From Bacteroidota bacterium (lineage in GTDB: Bacteria; Bacteroidota; Bacteroidia; UBA4408): a stretch of DNA of 64,000 nt. The notes below the pieces were generated by a model, which did no database searches, had not been told where the DNA came from, and was given only the letters and a program-made list of their open reading frames with translations. The position numbers were made by a program, and so were the translations under genes. Positions 1-10,137 of the stretch are shown piece by piece (position 1 is the stretch's first letter; every line of letters starts with the position of its first letter). The stretch lies in assembly GCA_963169745.1 (NCBI GenBank), contig CAUJCU010000015.1, positions 39,134 to 103,133 of the forward strand, in the 5' to 3' direction.

Positions 1-247
1 TTGTCCAAATAAATTTGAATTTATTTTTTTGCGAAAATAGAGTAATTAGTTTTGCACTTTTAATTATATTAATTTTTTTTTGAACAGCCTCAAGGGAACA
101 TATAATTTGAAAATTTGCTAATACAATGAAAGGACAGGTAGCTTGTTGTATATGGCGTAATTTAGAGAATTTTGTTAAAAACTTATACAAAAGTTCATTT
201 TCTCTTTATTAGATTGGTATTAATGCCTAATAAGTTAGAGTATTCGT

Positions 248-255
248 TACATTTG
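248..255 (+). promoter_or_regulatory. Bacteroidota sigma-A -7 box (TACATTTG = TAnnTTTG) for the ABC transporter gene
   Basis: Exact TAnnTTTG match ending 10 nt before the ATG at 266, implying a very short leader. The motif alone is expected by chance about once per 1.5 kb per strand in this AT-rich DNA. Confidence 0.4.
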
Positions 256-265
256 TACAGTTGGT

Positions 266-2065
266 ATGGGGTCTTTAAAATATTTAAACAGATACTTTTT
301 TAAATACAAGTTTTATTTGTTGGGAGGTGTTATTTTTATTGCTCTTTCTAACTTGTTTGCTATTTACCCTGCTCAAGTAACCCGGTTTACTATTGATTAT
401 TTGAATGATGCCGTTTGGTTACACCAACAGGCAGAAAACACGTCACTTCAAAACAACCTTACTACTCAGTTTTACAAAGCTTTTTTTCTGTTTTTTTTAA
501 TTATTATTATCACTACTTTAATTAAGGGAATTTTTATGTTTTTTATGCGACAAACCATTATAGTAATGAGTCGCCATATTGAATATGATTTGAAGAATGA
601 CATATATAAGCACTACCAAATTTTACCCCTTTCGTTTTATAAAAAAAATCATACAGGAGATTTAATGGCTCGAATAAGCGAAGATGTTTCTCAGGTTCGT
701 ATGTATATAGGACCGGCTATTATGTACACTATAAATTTGGTTATGCTTTTTATTATGGTGATTTCAGTTATGTGGTATGTAAACAGCTATTTAACCATAT
801 TAGTATTAATTCCTCTCCCATTTTTATCGCTGGGCATTTATTATATTAGTAACATTATTAACAAGCGCAGCACCAAACTGCAAAAACAGCTTTCTCATTT
901 ATCAACTGTAGCACAAGGTTCATTTGCTGGAATTCGAGTAATAAAATCATTTAACCGCGAAGAGCAAAACAGCCGTTATTTTTTAAGTTCATCGCTCAAG
1001 TTTAAATCATTATCATATCAACTCATGAGAATGGATGTCATGTTTGGGCCGATAATAACATTATTAATAGGCGCCAGTACAATTATAACTATTTTTATTG
1101 GTGGTAAACTGTATATTAACGGAACTATTTCTTTAGGAAATATTGCAGAATTTGTGTTGTATGTGAATATGCTAACATGGCCTGTTACCTCCATTGGTTG
1201 GGTAAGTTCAATTATTCAAAAAGCTGCTGTATCACAAAAACGCATTAATGAATTTCTTCAAATTCGAAGCCCTATTATTAGTGGAAAAAAATTAATCAAC
1301 GATAATGAGAAGCTAAGCATACGGTTTGAGAATGTAAGTTTTACTTACCCCGAATCAGGTATTAAAGCTTTAAATAAAGTAAGTTTTGAAGTTGCGCCTG
1401 AGAGCAGTTTGGGAATTACCGGAAAAACGGGTAGTGGAAAAACAACCATTGCTTTGTTACTAATGCGATTGTATGATCCCGATGAAGGCTCTATATATAT
1501 TAATGAAACCAATATAAAAGAATTTGATTTAACAAGCCTAAGGCAAGCAATTGGATATGTTCCGCAGGACGTTTTTTTGTTTTCGGAAAGTATATACAAG
1601 AATATAGTTTTTGGACTTGATGAGCATGAGAAAGAGGGGCTTGCTCATGTTTATGAAGTGTCCAAAACAGCAGAGGTGTATGATAATATTATACAATTTA
1701 AAGAGGGTTTTGATACCCTAATAGGAGAACGCGGTGTAACATTAAGTGGTGGGCAGAAGCAACGTATAAGTATAGCTAGAGCCTTAATTAAAAATCCACA
1801 AGTGTTACTTTTAGATGATTGCTTAAGTGCTGTAGATACCCAAACAGAAAGTAAGATAATTCAAAATTTTAAAACACGTTTGGCACATAAATTAACCATT
1901 TATATCAGCCATCGTATTAATACTATTCAACACGCAGAACAGATTATTGTTTTGGGTAATGGTGCGATAAGCGAAAAAGGAACACACGATGAGCTGATTG
2001 CCTTAAAAGGAGATTATTTTCAACAGCATCAATCGCAGTTAATGGCTCCCGAATCGGTTCATTAA
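266..2065 (+). CDS. ABC transporter, fused permease/ATP-binding protein (type I exporter, MsbA/ABCB-like)
   Basis: 599 aa. Hydrophobic N-terminal half. C-terminal NBD with Walker A GKTGSGKTT, ABC signature LSGGQKQR and Walker B LLLDD. Confidence 0.9.
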   Translation: MGSLKYLNRYFFKYKFYLLGGVIFIALSNLFAIYPAQVTRFTIDYLNDAVWLHQQAENTSLQNNLTTQFYKAFFLFFLIIIITTLIKGIFMFFMRQTIIVMSRHIEYDLKNDIYKHYQILPLSFYKKNHTGDLMARISEDVSQVRMYIGPAIMYTINLVMLFIMVISVMWYVNSYLTILVLIPLPFLSLGIYYISNIINKRSTKLQKQLSHLSTVAQGSFAGIRVIKSFNREEQNSRYFLSSSLKFKSLSYQLMRMDVMFGPIITLLIGASTIITIFIGGKLYINGTISLGNIAEFVLYVNMLTWPVTSIGWVSSIIQKAAVSQKRINEFLQIRSPIISGKKLINDNEKLSIRFENVSFTYPESGIKALNKVSFEVAPESSLGITGKTGSGKTTIALLLMRLYDPDEGSIYINETNIKEFDLTSLRQAIGYVPQDVFLFSESIYKNIVFGLDEHEKEGLAHVYEVSKTAEVYDNIIQFKEGFDTLIGERGVTLSGGQKQRISIARALIKNPQVLLLDDCLSAVDTQTESKIIQNFKTRLAHKLTIYISHRINTIQHAEQIIVLGNGAISEKGTHDELIALKGDYFQQHQSQLMAPESVH

Positions 2066-2237
2066 AGCGCAAGCAGTACTTACTTTCAATAGTATACTTT
2101 AATTCATACTCTTGCCCAATAAAGTTTAATAGGTTGCACTTTATTACATAATAATTGTTGTAATTTTAAAAGAAAAAATAGCTCATACAAGTCAATTATT
2201 TTGATTTTATTTTTAATGGTCCAAAAGCATTTTTTAA

Positions 2238-2693
2238 TTATTTCTTAAGCTTCGTTTCATAAATTGTAATCCAGTCTTTTACACTCATTTTTTTCATTAA
2301 AATACCTATTAACTCGTAAGGAATATCATTTAACTTTTTAAAACGAATACAACTTTTACCCATATCCAATTTTTGTTTGGTATATTTTGGATATTCACTT
2401 ACAAACCAGTCCATTAAATTAGAATCGGAGTAAATACCCATGTGATATAAATTTATAGAGTTTTTTTGTGAAGCAAGTCCTGCAAAAGGGAGCGGTTCGC
2501 TTGGTTTACAATGGTAACCTGCCGGATAAATAGAATGCGGAACAACATAACCTAAACCACCATAACTTATTGCTGCTTCAAAACCTTTAGGTAAGTTTTT
2601 TAAAATTATATTGTGAAGTTTATTAAAAGGTTCAACCCTGTCCAGTGGTACGTTTTGAAGTATTTCATTAATTGTATTACTATTTGTTTTCAT
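2238..2693 (-). CDS. DUF1801 (YdhG-like) domain protein
   Basis: 151 aa, soluble. Size and layout match my memory of DUF1801 proteins (..ISYGGLGY.. / ..INLYHMGIY..). No search run. Confidence 0.55.
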   Translation of the reverse strand: MKTNSNTINEILQNVPLDRVEPFNKLHNIILKNLPKGFEAAISYGGLGYVVPHSIYPAGYHCKPSEPLPFAGLASQKNSINLYHMGIYSDSNLMDWFVSEYPKYTKQKLDMGKSCIRFKKLNDIPYELIGILMKKMSVKDWITIYETKLKK

Positions 2694-2779
2694 ATATAAA
2701 TACGATTTTAAATGGTTGTTGTATATAATTAAATATCAATACAGATATATTAATTGCTTATGTTTTATGATGTCAAATT

Positions 2780-3487
2780 TCATTTCATTTTAATTTCTTT
2801 CATCAAGTCTTCTAGATAGTCTATTTGCACTTCTTGAATTTCTAATAGTTTTCTATTTTGACTAACAAGTAAATGATCTATTTTTTCACTGAGCAATTTA
2901 ATTTCTAATTCAGCTTTTAGATTGATTTTATAATCGTGTTCACTACGTAGTCTATCCTTTTGTTCCTGTCTGTTTTGGCTCATCATAATAATTGGTGCCT
3001 GAATGGCCGCAATACAGGAAAGTATCAAATTAAGTAATATAAAAGGGTATGGGTCAACAGGCTTTGCCGATAGGAACCATACATTAATAATCATCCAAAC
3101 GATGATGAATAAAAAGAATATGATGATAAATGTCCAACTTCCGCCAAAAGCAGCAACCCTGTCGGCAATACGTTGACCTAAACTTAGGTCTGCCTCAATT
3201 TCATCTTGAATATTTTCGGACAGAATAGAATTGTTTTTAATAGCGTTCATAACATCACTATCAATAATTTCTACTTCACCTTTTTCTTGACTGATTAAAG
3301 CAGCTAAATAAAGTCGTCTAAATTGGTTTAACTCAGCCAAAGTAATATAACTATCAATAGTAAAATCAGGGTATTCAGATTTGATTAGATTAAAAATACC
3401 TACTCTTATATTTTGTCCTTTTACATCTTCTCCTAAAGGTATTATACTTTTTGTGATATGACTTATTTTCATATTTAAAAGATTCAA
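2780..3487 (-). CDS. DUF1003 family membrane protein
   Basis: 235 aa. Two TM helices followed by the characteristic SQNRQEQKDRLRSEHDYKINLKAELEI block. Confidence 0.65.
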   Translation of the reverse strand: MNLLNMKISHITKSIIPLGEDVKGQNIRVGIFNLIKSEYPDFTIDSYITLAELNQFRRLYLAALISQEKGEVEIIDSDVMNAIKNNSILSENIQDEIEADLSLGQRIADRVAAFGGSWTFIIIFFLFIIVWMIINVWFLSAKPVDPYPFILLNLILSCIAAIQAPIIMMSQNRQEQKDRLRSEHDYKINLKAELEIKLLSEKIDHLLVSQNRKLLEIQEVQIDYLEDLMKEIKMK

Positions 3488-3738
3488 TTGGCTGTAAAAC
3501 TAAAAACTATGTAATTTTCAATAAATAAATTTACTAAATAATTTCTGTTACTTTAAAAGCATCGAACTAAAACATAAATAAATTATGAAACTATTTTGAA
3601 TTTCATATTGCAAATGTATAATTGATTTTTACAAGGTTAAATAGAGCTATATCCACATTTTTGAATCATTGAAATTAAGGAAACACTATTGAGCTGGTTA
3701 TGCAAAACAATTCTTATTTATATAGGTACCAGACACTC

Positions 3739-4614
3739 TTAAAGTGTTTGAATAAATTCATTGATAAGATAAAAACAAAGCACTAGTATGCCTTGCAATA
3801 ACATGGTTCCATCTAATATTCCATAATAATATAAGGGAATTGATTGGATCTTTTTAGAGATTAAGAAATACAAAGTGCTTAAGTATGATAATATAAAGGC
3901 CAGTAAAATAAAGTGTTGTTTGGTTATGGAATAATGTACCAAAGCAATTATAACAAACAGGGTAAGTGAGAGCCAGGCAACATATTGAGCACTTTTTACC
4001 CCAAGCTTTAGTGGAATTGTTTTTACCCCACTTAAACTATCGGCTTCCATATCTCTTATGTCAAATGGAATAGTAATAGCTAGTATAAATAAGAAACGTT
4101 CAACAATTATGGTTAAAACAGGGAGCGTGTTAAGCTTTATATTTGTATGAATTACAGGTAAAATTACAGTTACACTGGACCATACAAAGGCAATTATAAA
4201 TATTTTAAGGTATGGAAATTGCCTTAAACGAAATATTCCTTTTGCTTTTGTTGTAATGGGGGTGGAGTAAAAAAGTGTAAGTAAGGCAATAGGAGCCAGG
4301 CTCAGTAAAACCTCCAGCTTTGCTTCCATTACCGAAAAAATAAACCCAATTATGGATACCGTAACTAAAATATTAAAGCCCTTTCTATTGGCCTTAACCC
4401 AGGAGTGCTTTGGTGAATTTAATGCTTCGGGAGTAGTTAAAATAGTTATAAAACGATGTAAATTATATTCAAATAAAGTTGAAAAAAAAATTAGAAAAAG
4501 ATAGGGATGCCATTGGGGATTAATACCAATTTGTATTTGTGTAGCTACTGTTAAAGCCACAGCAGCAACCGAAATGTAAATGTTTGATTGTATTAAAAAA
4601 CGCAGAATTCTCAA
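3739..4614 (-). CDS. UbiA-family prenyltransferase (integral membrane)
   Basis: 291 aa, about 8-9 hydrophobic helices. Asp-rich motif FDIRDMEADSLSGVKTIP typical of the second UbiA motif. Confidence 0.7.
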   Translation of the reverse strand: MRILRFLIQSNIYISVAAVALTVATQIQIGINPQWHPYLFLIFFSTLFEYNLHRFITILTTPEALNSPKHSWVKANRKGFNILVTVSIIGFIFSVMEAKLEVLLSLAPIALLTLFYSTPITTKAKGIFRLRQFPYLKIFIIAFVWSSVTVILPVIHTNIKLNTLPVLTIIVERFLFILAITIPFDIRDMEADSLSGVKTIPLKLGVKSAQYVAWLSLTLFVIIALVHYSITKQHFILLAFILSYLSTLYFLISKKIQSIPLYYYGILDGTMLLQGILVLCFYLINEFIQTL

Positions 4615-4867
4615 TTCCTTTTATAGCCAGTTTAAGAACTAATTTTAGTTATAAAATATTTAATAATTTTAAGGTGCAAGCCTTGCATAGCATTGTGATT
4701 AATATAAAAATTACTGAACATATTTGAAGACAAAGTTTATCTAATTTGATTAAACCAATACAATTCGAATTAGATTTTGCATTTCAACAATAATACAGAA
4801 TTACCTAATTAGTTTTATTATTTTGAATATTCAGTTTTATAAATGATTTTATGGCAAAAAGATTCAA

Positions 4868-5473
4868 TTATTTAGTGGGCTTGTCTATTAATTTAATGAT
4901 TTCTTCTTGCTGTTTAATAAAACGATCAAATGGGCTTGTTCCGGGCAAATTATCTTTTTGGTATTGATCTATCAATGGTAATGTTTTTATAATTTTCAAA
5001 GCTTTATAAAGGTCAGAGATTTTATTTTGGTTTGTTTCAATACGCTTTAGCAGCTCGTTGTGTATTGCAACTCTTGAGTTATATTGAGCTAAGTGATGCG
5101 TTACAATACTTTTTATTTCGTCTCTAATTAGGCTGTCTTTTATAGTTTCAATATGCTGATTTGCGGTATTATAATAGGAGTTGTTTTTTTCAACGAAATG
5201 AGAGTAGCTTGCTATTGAGTCAATTTGAACTTCAGAGAACATTTTTATTTTAGCTTCAATACTTTTTAATTCAGGATTATTTGTTGCAAGTTCTTTGTAG
5301 AGGTCTTCAACTAAATCTGTATAGCTTCGTGTTGATGCTATACTGTAAGAAGTATTTTTATCTTCCAAAGCTTTTGGTTGCACTTTTTTTTGATTATTTC
5401 TACAAGAAACACTTGTGAAAACAATGATTAGAGCTAGAAGAAGTTTATAGGGTGTTACATTTTTGACGAACAT
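4868..5473 (-). CDS. hypothetical lipoprotein, helical
   Basis: 201 aa. Signal peptide ending in the lipobox-like FTSVSC. The rest is charged and helical. No recognisable family. Confidence 0.45.
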   Translation of the reverse strand: MFVKNVTPYKLLLALIIVFTSVSCRNNQKKVQPKALEDKNTSYSIASTRSYTDLVEDLYKELATNNPELKSIEAKIKMFSEVQIDSIASYSHFVEKNNSYYNTANQHIETIKDSLIRDEIKSIVTHHLAQYNSRVAIHNELLKRIETNQNKISDLYKALKIIKTLPLIDQYQKDNLPGTSPFDRFIKQQEEIIKLIDKPTK

Positions 5474-5648
5474 TTTTTTATTAAAATCTGAAATTTACAG
5501 GCCTTTTAATTTTATTAAGAATAATCAAATTTAGTAAATTAATTCCTTTTTTTAATTGATGATTCTTGCTTTACTTTTTTAACAAGAAAAGTAAATTTAT
5601 GTTTAAAGCTTTAAAAAAATCGGTATTTATAATATGTATATAATTTCA

Positions 5649-7466
5649 TTATATTCTTATACCGATAACTAAAATGTCGTCAATCGGTTCAGCATCATCT
5701 CTCCAATTTTCAATAAAATCATTTAAGTATTGCTCTTGTTCTTGCATGTTTTTTTCTTGAATATTAATCAATACATCTTTAAATCTTTTTGATGTTAGTT
5801 TTTTGTCATGTTTGCTGAACGTGTCTGCGTATCCATCAGTAAATAAATAAAAGGTGTCGCCCAGCTGTAACTTTATTTCGTGTGTTTCAAAGTGTTGTGT
5901 GCTTTCTGTGAAGCCTCCTATGGCCTTTTTTGTTGCCTTTATCTCTGTAATTTCTTGATGTCCATTTCGAATAATCCAAATAGGTCTGTTTGCGCCTGCA
6001 TATTTTAAAATTTTGTTTGAAACGTCTATTGAACAAAGGGCTATATCCATACCATCATGCGTTGAATCTTCATTTTCGGATTGTTTAAGTGCAGTTTTTA
6101 TTCCATTATTTAACTTTGATAATGCATCGCCAACTAGCTTTGTTTGTTGCACTGATTCTTTTAGTTTTTCTGAACCAATCATACTCATCAAAGCACCAGG
6201 AACACCGTGCCCTGTGCAATCTGCTGCAGCAATAAAAACAATTTGTTTAGTTTGATAAAAGAAATAAAAATCACCACTAACTATATCTTTAGGTTTGTTT
6301 AAAATAAACGTGTTGGGTAAAACATTGTAAATTTCATCTTTAATAGGTAAAATTGCTTTTTGAATTCGTAAGGCATAGTTAATACTATCTATGATTTCGA
6401 TATTCTTTTTTTCTATAGCAGCAGCAACAGCATTTTTTTTGTCTTGTTCGGACTTTAGGGCTGCTTCTTTTTTCTGAAATTCAAAATTCATTTCTACTTG
6501 TGCCAGCTTTTTTGAATTAATACGGTCGCGCCCTTTAATATATTCTTTGAAATAGAATAATGCCAAATCAATATTATACTCTTCATAATCTTTAGTTTCA
6601 AATATTTCACTTAGTGCATGATGGGCACTAACTATGAATTCTAAAAAATTAATTTCATTACTTAAATTTAAACTCTGAATAAAATACTCTTTGGCTTTTG
6701 AATAATTTTTTTGCATCAGATAACAGTTTCCAACGGAGTTAAGTGCTTTAACAATTGCTCGTTTATCACCTATTTCTTCTGATAAATTTAAGGATTTGAA
6801 TAAATACTCCAAAGCCTGAGAATAGTTACCTATTTGGATTTGAAGTTTTCCCATATTATTATACGTAACTATGAAGCCCCTCTTATCGCCAATTTTTTCT
6901 CTAAGTTTCATTGCTTTTGAATAATATACTGTAGCTTTAGTGCTATTATTTAACTGTCTGTATGTGTTTCCAATACAGTTATATGAATTGGCAATACTTT
7001 GTTTGTCATCTATTTGTTGTGCAACCGAAAGCGATTTGAAAAAATAATCTAAAGCCTTTTTATTACAATCTTGAAATACGGTATCAGCATCCGTAAGATT
7101 AGCCTGACTTAGGAAAATGTCTCCAAGGTAATGAAGAGAATATGAAATGCCTTTTTGATCTTCAATATCTTCTCTAATTGCTAATGCTTTGAATTGACTT
7201 TCTAATGATTGTGCATAATTACCTTCAAATTCGTAACCCCGACCTAAAAAACAATAAGACTCTGCAAGCCCTGATTTATAACCTAATTTTTGAGCCAATT
7301 GTTCAGACTTTTTGAAATACACTTTTGATTCTAAAAATTGTGCTTCTAATACAAATTCCCAACCCAACTCATTAAGTAAATTTACTTTAGTAAAATCATC
7401 ATTGGTACTTTGTAAGAGCTTGAGCAATGACTTAATTTTGCTTTGATGTTTTGTGTTTATTCCCAT
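5649..7466 (-). CDS. TPR-repeat protein fused to a PP2C/SpoIIE-type serine phosphatase domain (RsbU-like output)
   Basis: 605 aa. N-terminal ~300 aa of repeated TPR-like units (..Y..A..Y..KAL.I.E..GDK..). Coiled segment. C-terminal SGDFYFF...AADCTGHGVPGALMSM...DGMD...TDGY metal-binding motifs of the SpoIIE/PP2C family. Confidence 0.8.
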   Translation of the reverse strand: MGINTKHQSKIKSLLKLLQSTNDDFTKVNLLNELGWEFVLEAQFLESKVYFKKSEQLAQKLGYKSGLAESYCFLGRGYEFEGNYAQSLESQFKALAIREDIEDQKGISYSLHYLGDIFLSQANLTDADTVFQDCNKKALDYFFKSLSVAQQIDDKQSIANSYNCIGNTYRQLNNSTKATVYYSKAMKLREKIGDKRGFIVTYNNMGKLQIQIGNYSQALEYLFKSLNLSEEIGDKRAIVKALNSVGNCYLMQKNYSKAKEYFIQSLNLSNEINFLEFIVSAHHALSEIFETKDYEEYNIDLALFYFKEYIKGRDRINSKKLAQVEMNFEFQKKEAALKSEQDKKNAVAAAIEKKNIEIIDSINYALRIQKAILPIKDEIYNVLPNTFILNKPKDIVSGDFYFFYQTKQIVFIAAADCTGHGVPGALMSMIGSEKLKESVQQTKLVGDALSKLNNGIKTALKQSENEDSTHDGMDIALCSIDVSNKILKYAGANRPIWIIRNGHQEITEIKATKKAIGGFTESTQHFETHEIKLQLGDTFYLFTDGYADTFSKHDKKLTSKRFKDVLINIQEKNMQEQEQYLNDFIENWRDDAEPIDDILVIGIRI

Positions 7467-7529
7467 TTCTAATTAACTCTAAATTGTTTAATTATTGATG
7501 TTGCTTTGTTTTTAAGCCTATTGTAAATT

Positions 7530-7537
7530 CAAAATTA
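7530..7537 (-). promoter_or_regulatory. -7 box (TAATTTTG on - strand) for the TPR-PP2C gene
   Basis: + strand CAAAATTA, 64 nt upstream of the ATG at 7466. Confidence 0.35.
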
Positions 7538-8030
7538 TAAAAGCAAGCTAAGCTTATCTATAGTTTTTACTCTATGACCCTTTTACAAGTTTATATAAAT
7601 ATACGAACACCAATAAATGATAAAGTTAAAAAATATAACAACAAAATTTATTGTACTCATCAGAATATCAATCTAATAACTATTATATGAAAGCATTATA
7701 TGAATTAGCAATCTATGTTGTTAGGTAAAGTGCAGCAAAATAATTATTTTATAAATACTAATTGAGTTGTTTTATAATCCTATTCATCTTAAGTTTTAGA
7801 TTGTTACAAATAGCGGAAAATTCAAAAATGTAAATTATTGCTTTCTTAAAGAACAATGTTTAGCATAAGAAAGGGTTAATTTAATAAAGATAAATTTTAT
7901 AAAACAAACTTAATTCTTTAAAAAAATAATATGAAGTAAATAAGAAAAATAGGTATTGAGTAAATTGTGTAGTATTAGGTTTTTATCCGTTGTTCACAGT
8001 AGTTTTTTTCAAATTGATGTTGAAATAATA

Positions 8031-9008
8031 CTAATTTTTTGGGGTATATTTCTCAACCTGATTTTTAGTAGGCGGAAGACTTTGTAAGTATTTGTAAATT
8101 GCATTAAGATCTTGCTCACTCATTCCAGCATACATTGTCCAAGGCATTGTTGTTTGAAATTCACCAGCAGCTACTTTAGGAATAATAAAAGCACTATCTG
8201 CGTACATTTTGAATCTGCTCACAAACTGGTCGGCTGTCCAATTTCCAAGCCCTGTTTCTTTGTCAGGTGTGAGGTTTGCTGATCTTACTATGGATCCGTC
8301 TTGAAGTTTAAAAGCAAAACCTACGGCATAATGATCTCCCACAAACTTACCATTCTCTTGTTTGGTATGACAATCAAGACAACCTGCAGCTGTAATCATA
8401 TATTTTCCATAATTAATCTGATTTGACTGTTCCGGAATTTTACTAAAATTGGGCTTTTTAGGAATTGTGTTTATAATAAAATTCATTGGAAAATCAGAAC
8501 TTGAAATAGCTGTTTTATTTTCAATCGGTTTCAAGCTTCTGATATAAGTGATAACAGCTTCAATATCTGTTTTGTCAATTTGTCCATATAGATGATGGGG
8601 CATAATTGGGAATAATGCTCTTCCATCTTTGGATACTCCTGATGTTATAGCTCTAAAGATTTCTCCGTCTGTCCAGTTTTGTAAATGAAAAGGAGTAATG
8701 TTAGGTGCAATGTAGATGCCCGGAAACCCCAATTTTTGATCAAATATTTCACCACCTTTACCTTCAGTTCCTGCAGTCATAGGTCCAGAAAATAAACTCC
8801 AATTTCTTGTTGAGTGACAGTCCATACACAACATGACATGATTGGCAAGATAATTACCTCGTTCTAACTTTGCTGGTGTTACCTCTATTTTAAGTTCAGG
8901 AGCGTTTCCCACATTGGGTAGGGCAAATTTTAAATATGTCAGTATTCCAATAATGGCTAAAGCAATGATGCCCAATATAATTCCAATGTATTTGAATATC
9001 TTTTTCAT
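8031..9008 (-). CDS. membrane-anchored di-haem c-type cytochrome
   Basis: 325 aa. N-terminal TM anchor. Two CxxCH motifs (CMDCH, CLDCH), each with a downstream Met-containing segment. Confidence 0.8.
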   Translation of the reverse strand: MKKIFKYIGIILGIIALAIIGILTYLKFALPNVGNAPELKIEVTPAKLERGNYLANHVMLCMDCHSTRNWSLFSGPMTAGTEGKGGEIFDQKLGFPGIYIAPNITPFHLQNWTDGEIFRAITSGVSKDGRALFPIMPHHLYGQIDKTDIEAVITYIRSLKPIENKTAISSSDFPMNFIINTIPKKPNFSKIPEQSNQINYGKYMITAAGCLDCHTKQENGKFVGDHYAVGFAFKLQDGSIVRSANLTPDKETGLGNWTADQFVSRFKMYADSAFIIPKVAAGEFQTTMPWTMYAGMSEQDLNAIYKYLQSLPPTKNQVEKYTPKN

Positions 9009-9023
9009 GTGTAAATTTTTGAG

Positions 9024-10061
9024 TTATTTATAAATTGTTACTATGCCAAAACCGGGTGCATTTAGTTTTTTAAGCTCTGTTTTTGTAAATCCTGCTTTTT
9101 TTGAGAATGCATCTATTTCTGCTTTTGAATAGGTTTTTCCTCCGGCCTGATGAAGCAGGTTTAAAGCCATATATGAAGTAGTTGCCTTGGACATTTGTGA
9201 GCTTCCACCAATGCCTTTTATTTGGTCGAGGATTACATACATTCCGCCAGGGTTGAGTGCGTTAAAAACTTTTTTTGCTAATGCTTCATTTTCAGAAGGA
9301 TTAAATCCATGAATAATATTAAATGCAAGAATGATGTCAACACCTTTGGGGAATTCATCTTTCATAAAGTCGGCAGGAAGAAATGAAACATTTTTTGCTG
9401 CTTTGTATTTAGATATACACTCGTCTGCATATTTTTTTACAGGAGGCAGGTCAACAATGGTAGCTTTTAAATTGGGATTTTGTTCACAAAGCTCAATGCT
9501 GTATAGGCCATGCGAACCTCCAAGGTCGAGCAATTTAGCATGTGTTTTGGCAACGGGTATTTTTTTGGCTACCTCTTTAAAATTTGTTCTTGATATGTCA
9601 ATCATAGCCCGTGAAAACAACTCCCATTCATAATCCGTCATTTCTTGCAGCATATTTGATTGGGGTCTTTTGCCCAGTCGAATGGTTTCGTCAAGGTTCA
9701 GGTAGCCTTTATACAAATAGTCGCAAAATAAAATAAAATATCGAAAATTATTGGGTGATTGTTCTGATAGATTCTTGAACCCTCTTGTAGTAAATGCATA
9801 CTTTGTTTCCTTTTTTTGAGCATACCCAAGGGCATCTAAACAGTCGAGAATTAATTCAGCACCCACTTCGCTCACATGAGCTCCATTCGCAATACTTTTA
9901 ACATCTTTAAATTCCATAGTAAGTTGGTCTGTAATTTTTAGTTTAACAGCACTACCCAACGCAAAACCTAAGCCTACTGAAGAAGATGCGTCAGTAAACG
10001 GATGCGGAATGATGTCGTTAGACAAAAGTATTTTTTCGATAAGTGAGAATTTATAAATCAT
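9024..10061 (-). CDS. SAM-dependent O-methyltransferase (family 2, small-molecule OMT-like)
   Basis: 345 aa. LLDLGGSHG SAM-binding glycine loop followed by IVDLPPV, with an N-terminal dimerisation-like region. Lies 15 nt upstream of the cytochrome c gene, so probably co-transcribed. Confidence 0.75.
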   Translation of the reverse strand: MIYKFSLIEKILLSNDIIPHPFTDASSSVGLGFALGSAVKLKITDQLTMEFKDVKSIANGAHVSEVGAELILDCLDALGYAQKKETKYAFTTRGFKNLSEQSPNNFRYFILFCDYLYKGYLNLDETIRLGKRPQSNMLQEMTDYEWELFSRAMIDISRTNFKEVAKKIPVAKTHAKLLDLGGSHGLYSIELCEQNPNLKATIVDLPPVKKYADECISKYKAAKNVSFLPADFMKDEFPKGVDIILAFNIIHGFNPSENEALAKKVFNALNPGGMYVILDQIKGIGGSSQMSKATTSYMALNLLHQAGGKTYSKAEIDAFSKKAGFTKTELKKLNAPGFGIVTIYK

Positions 10062-10137
10062 AACAAAACAATTTATGGGTTAATAAATGGTAAAATTATT
10101 TATTTATAATGCCTCAAAATTGTATAAATCGGACATA

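Noticed and set aside
8-35. AT-only hairpin aaataaatt/aatttattt followed by a T-run at the left edge, as a possible terminator of an off-window gene
   Set aside because: The stem is entirely A-T with a 2-nt loop. This is indistinguishable from chance in this composition, and the upstream gene is not visible.
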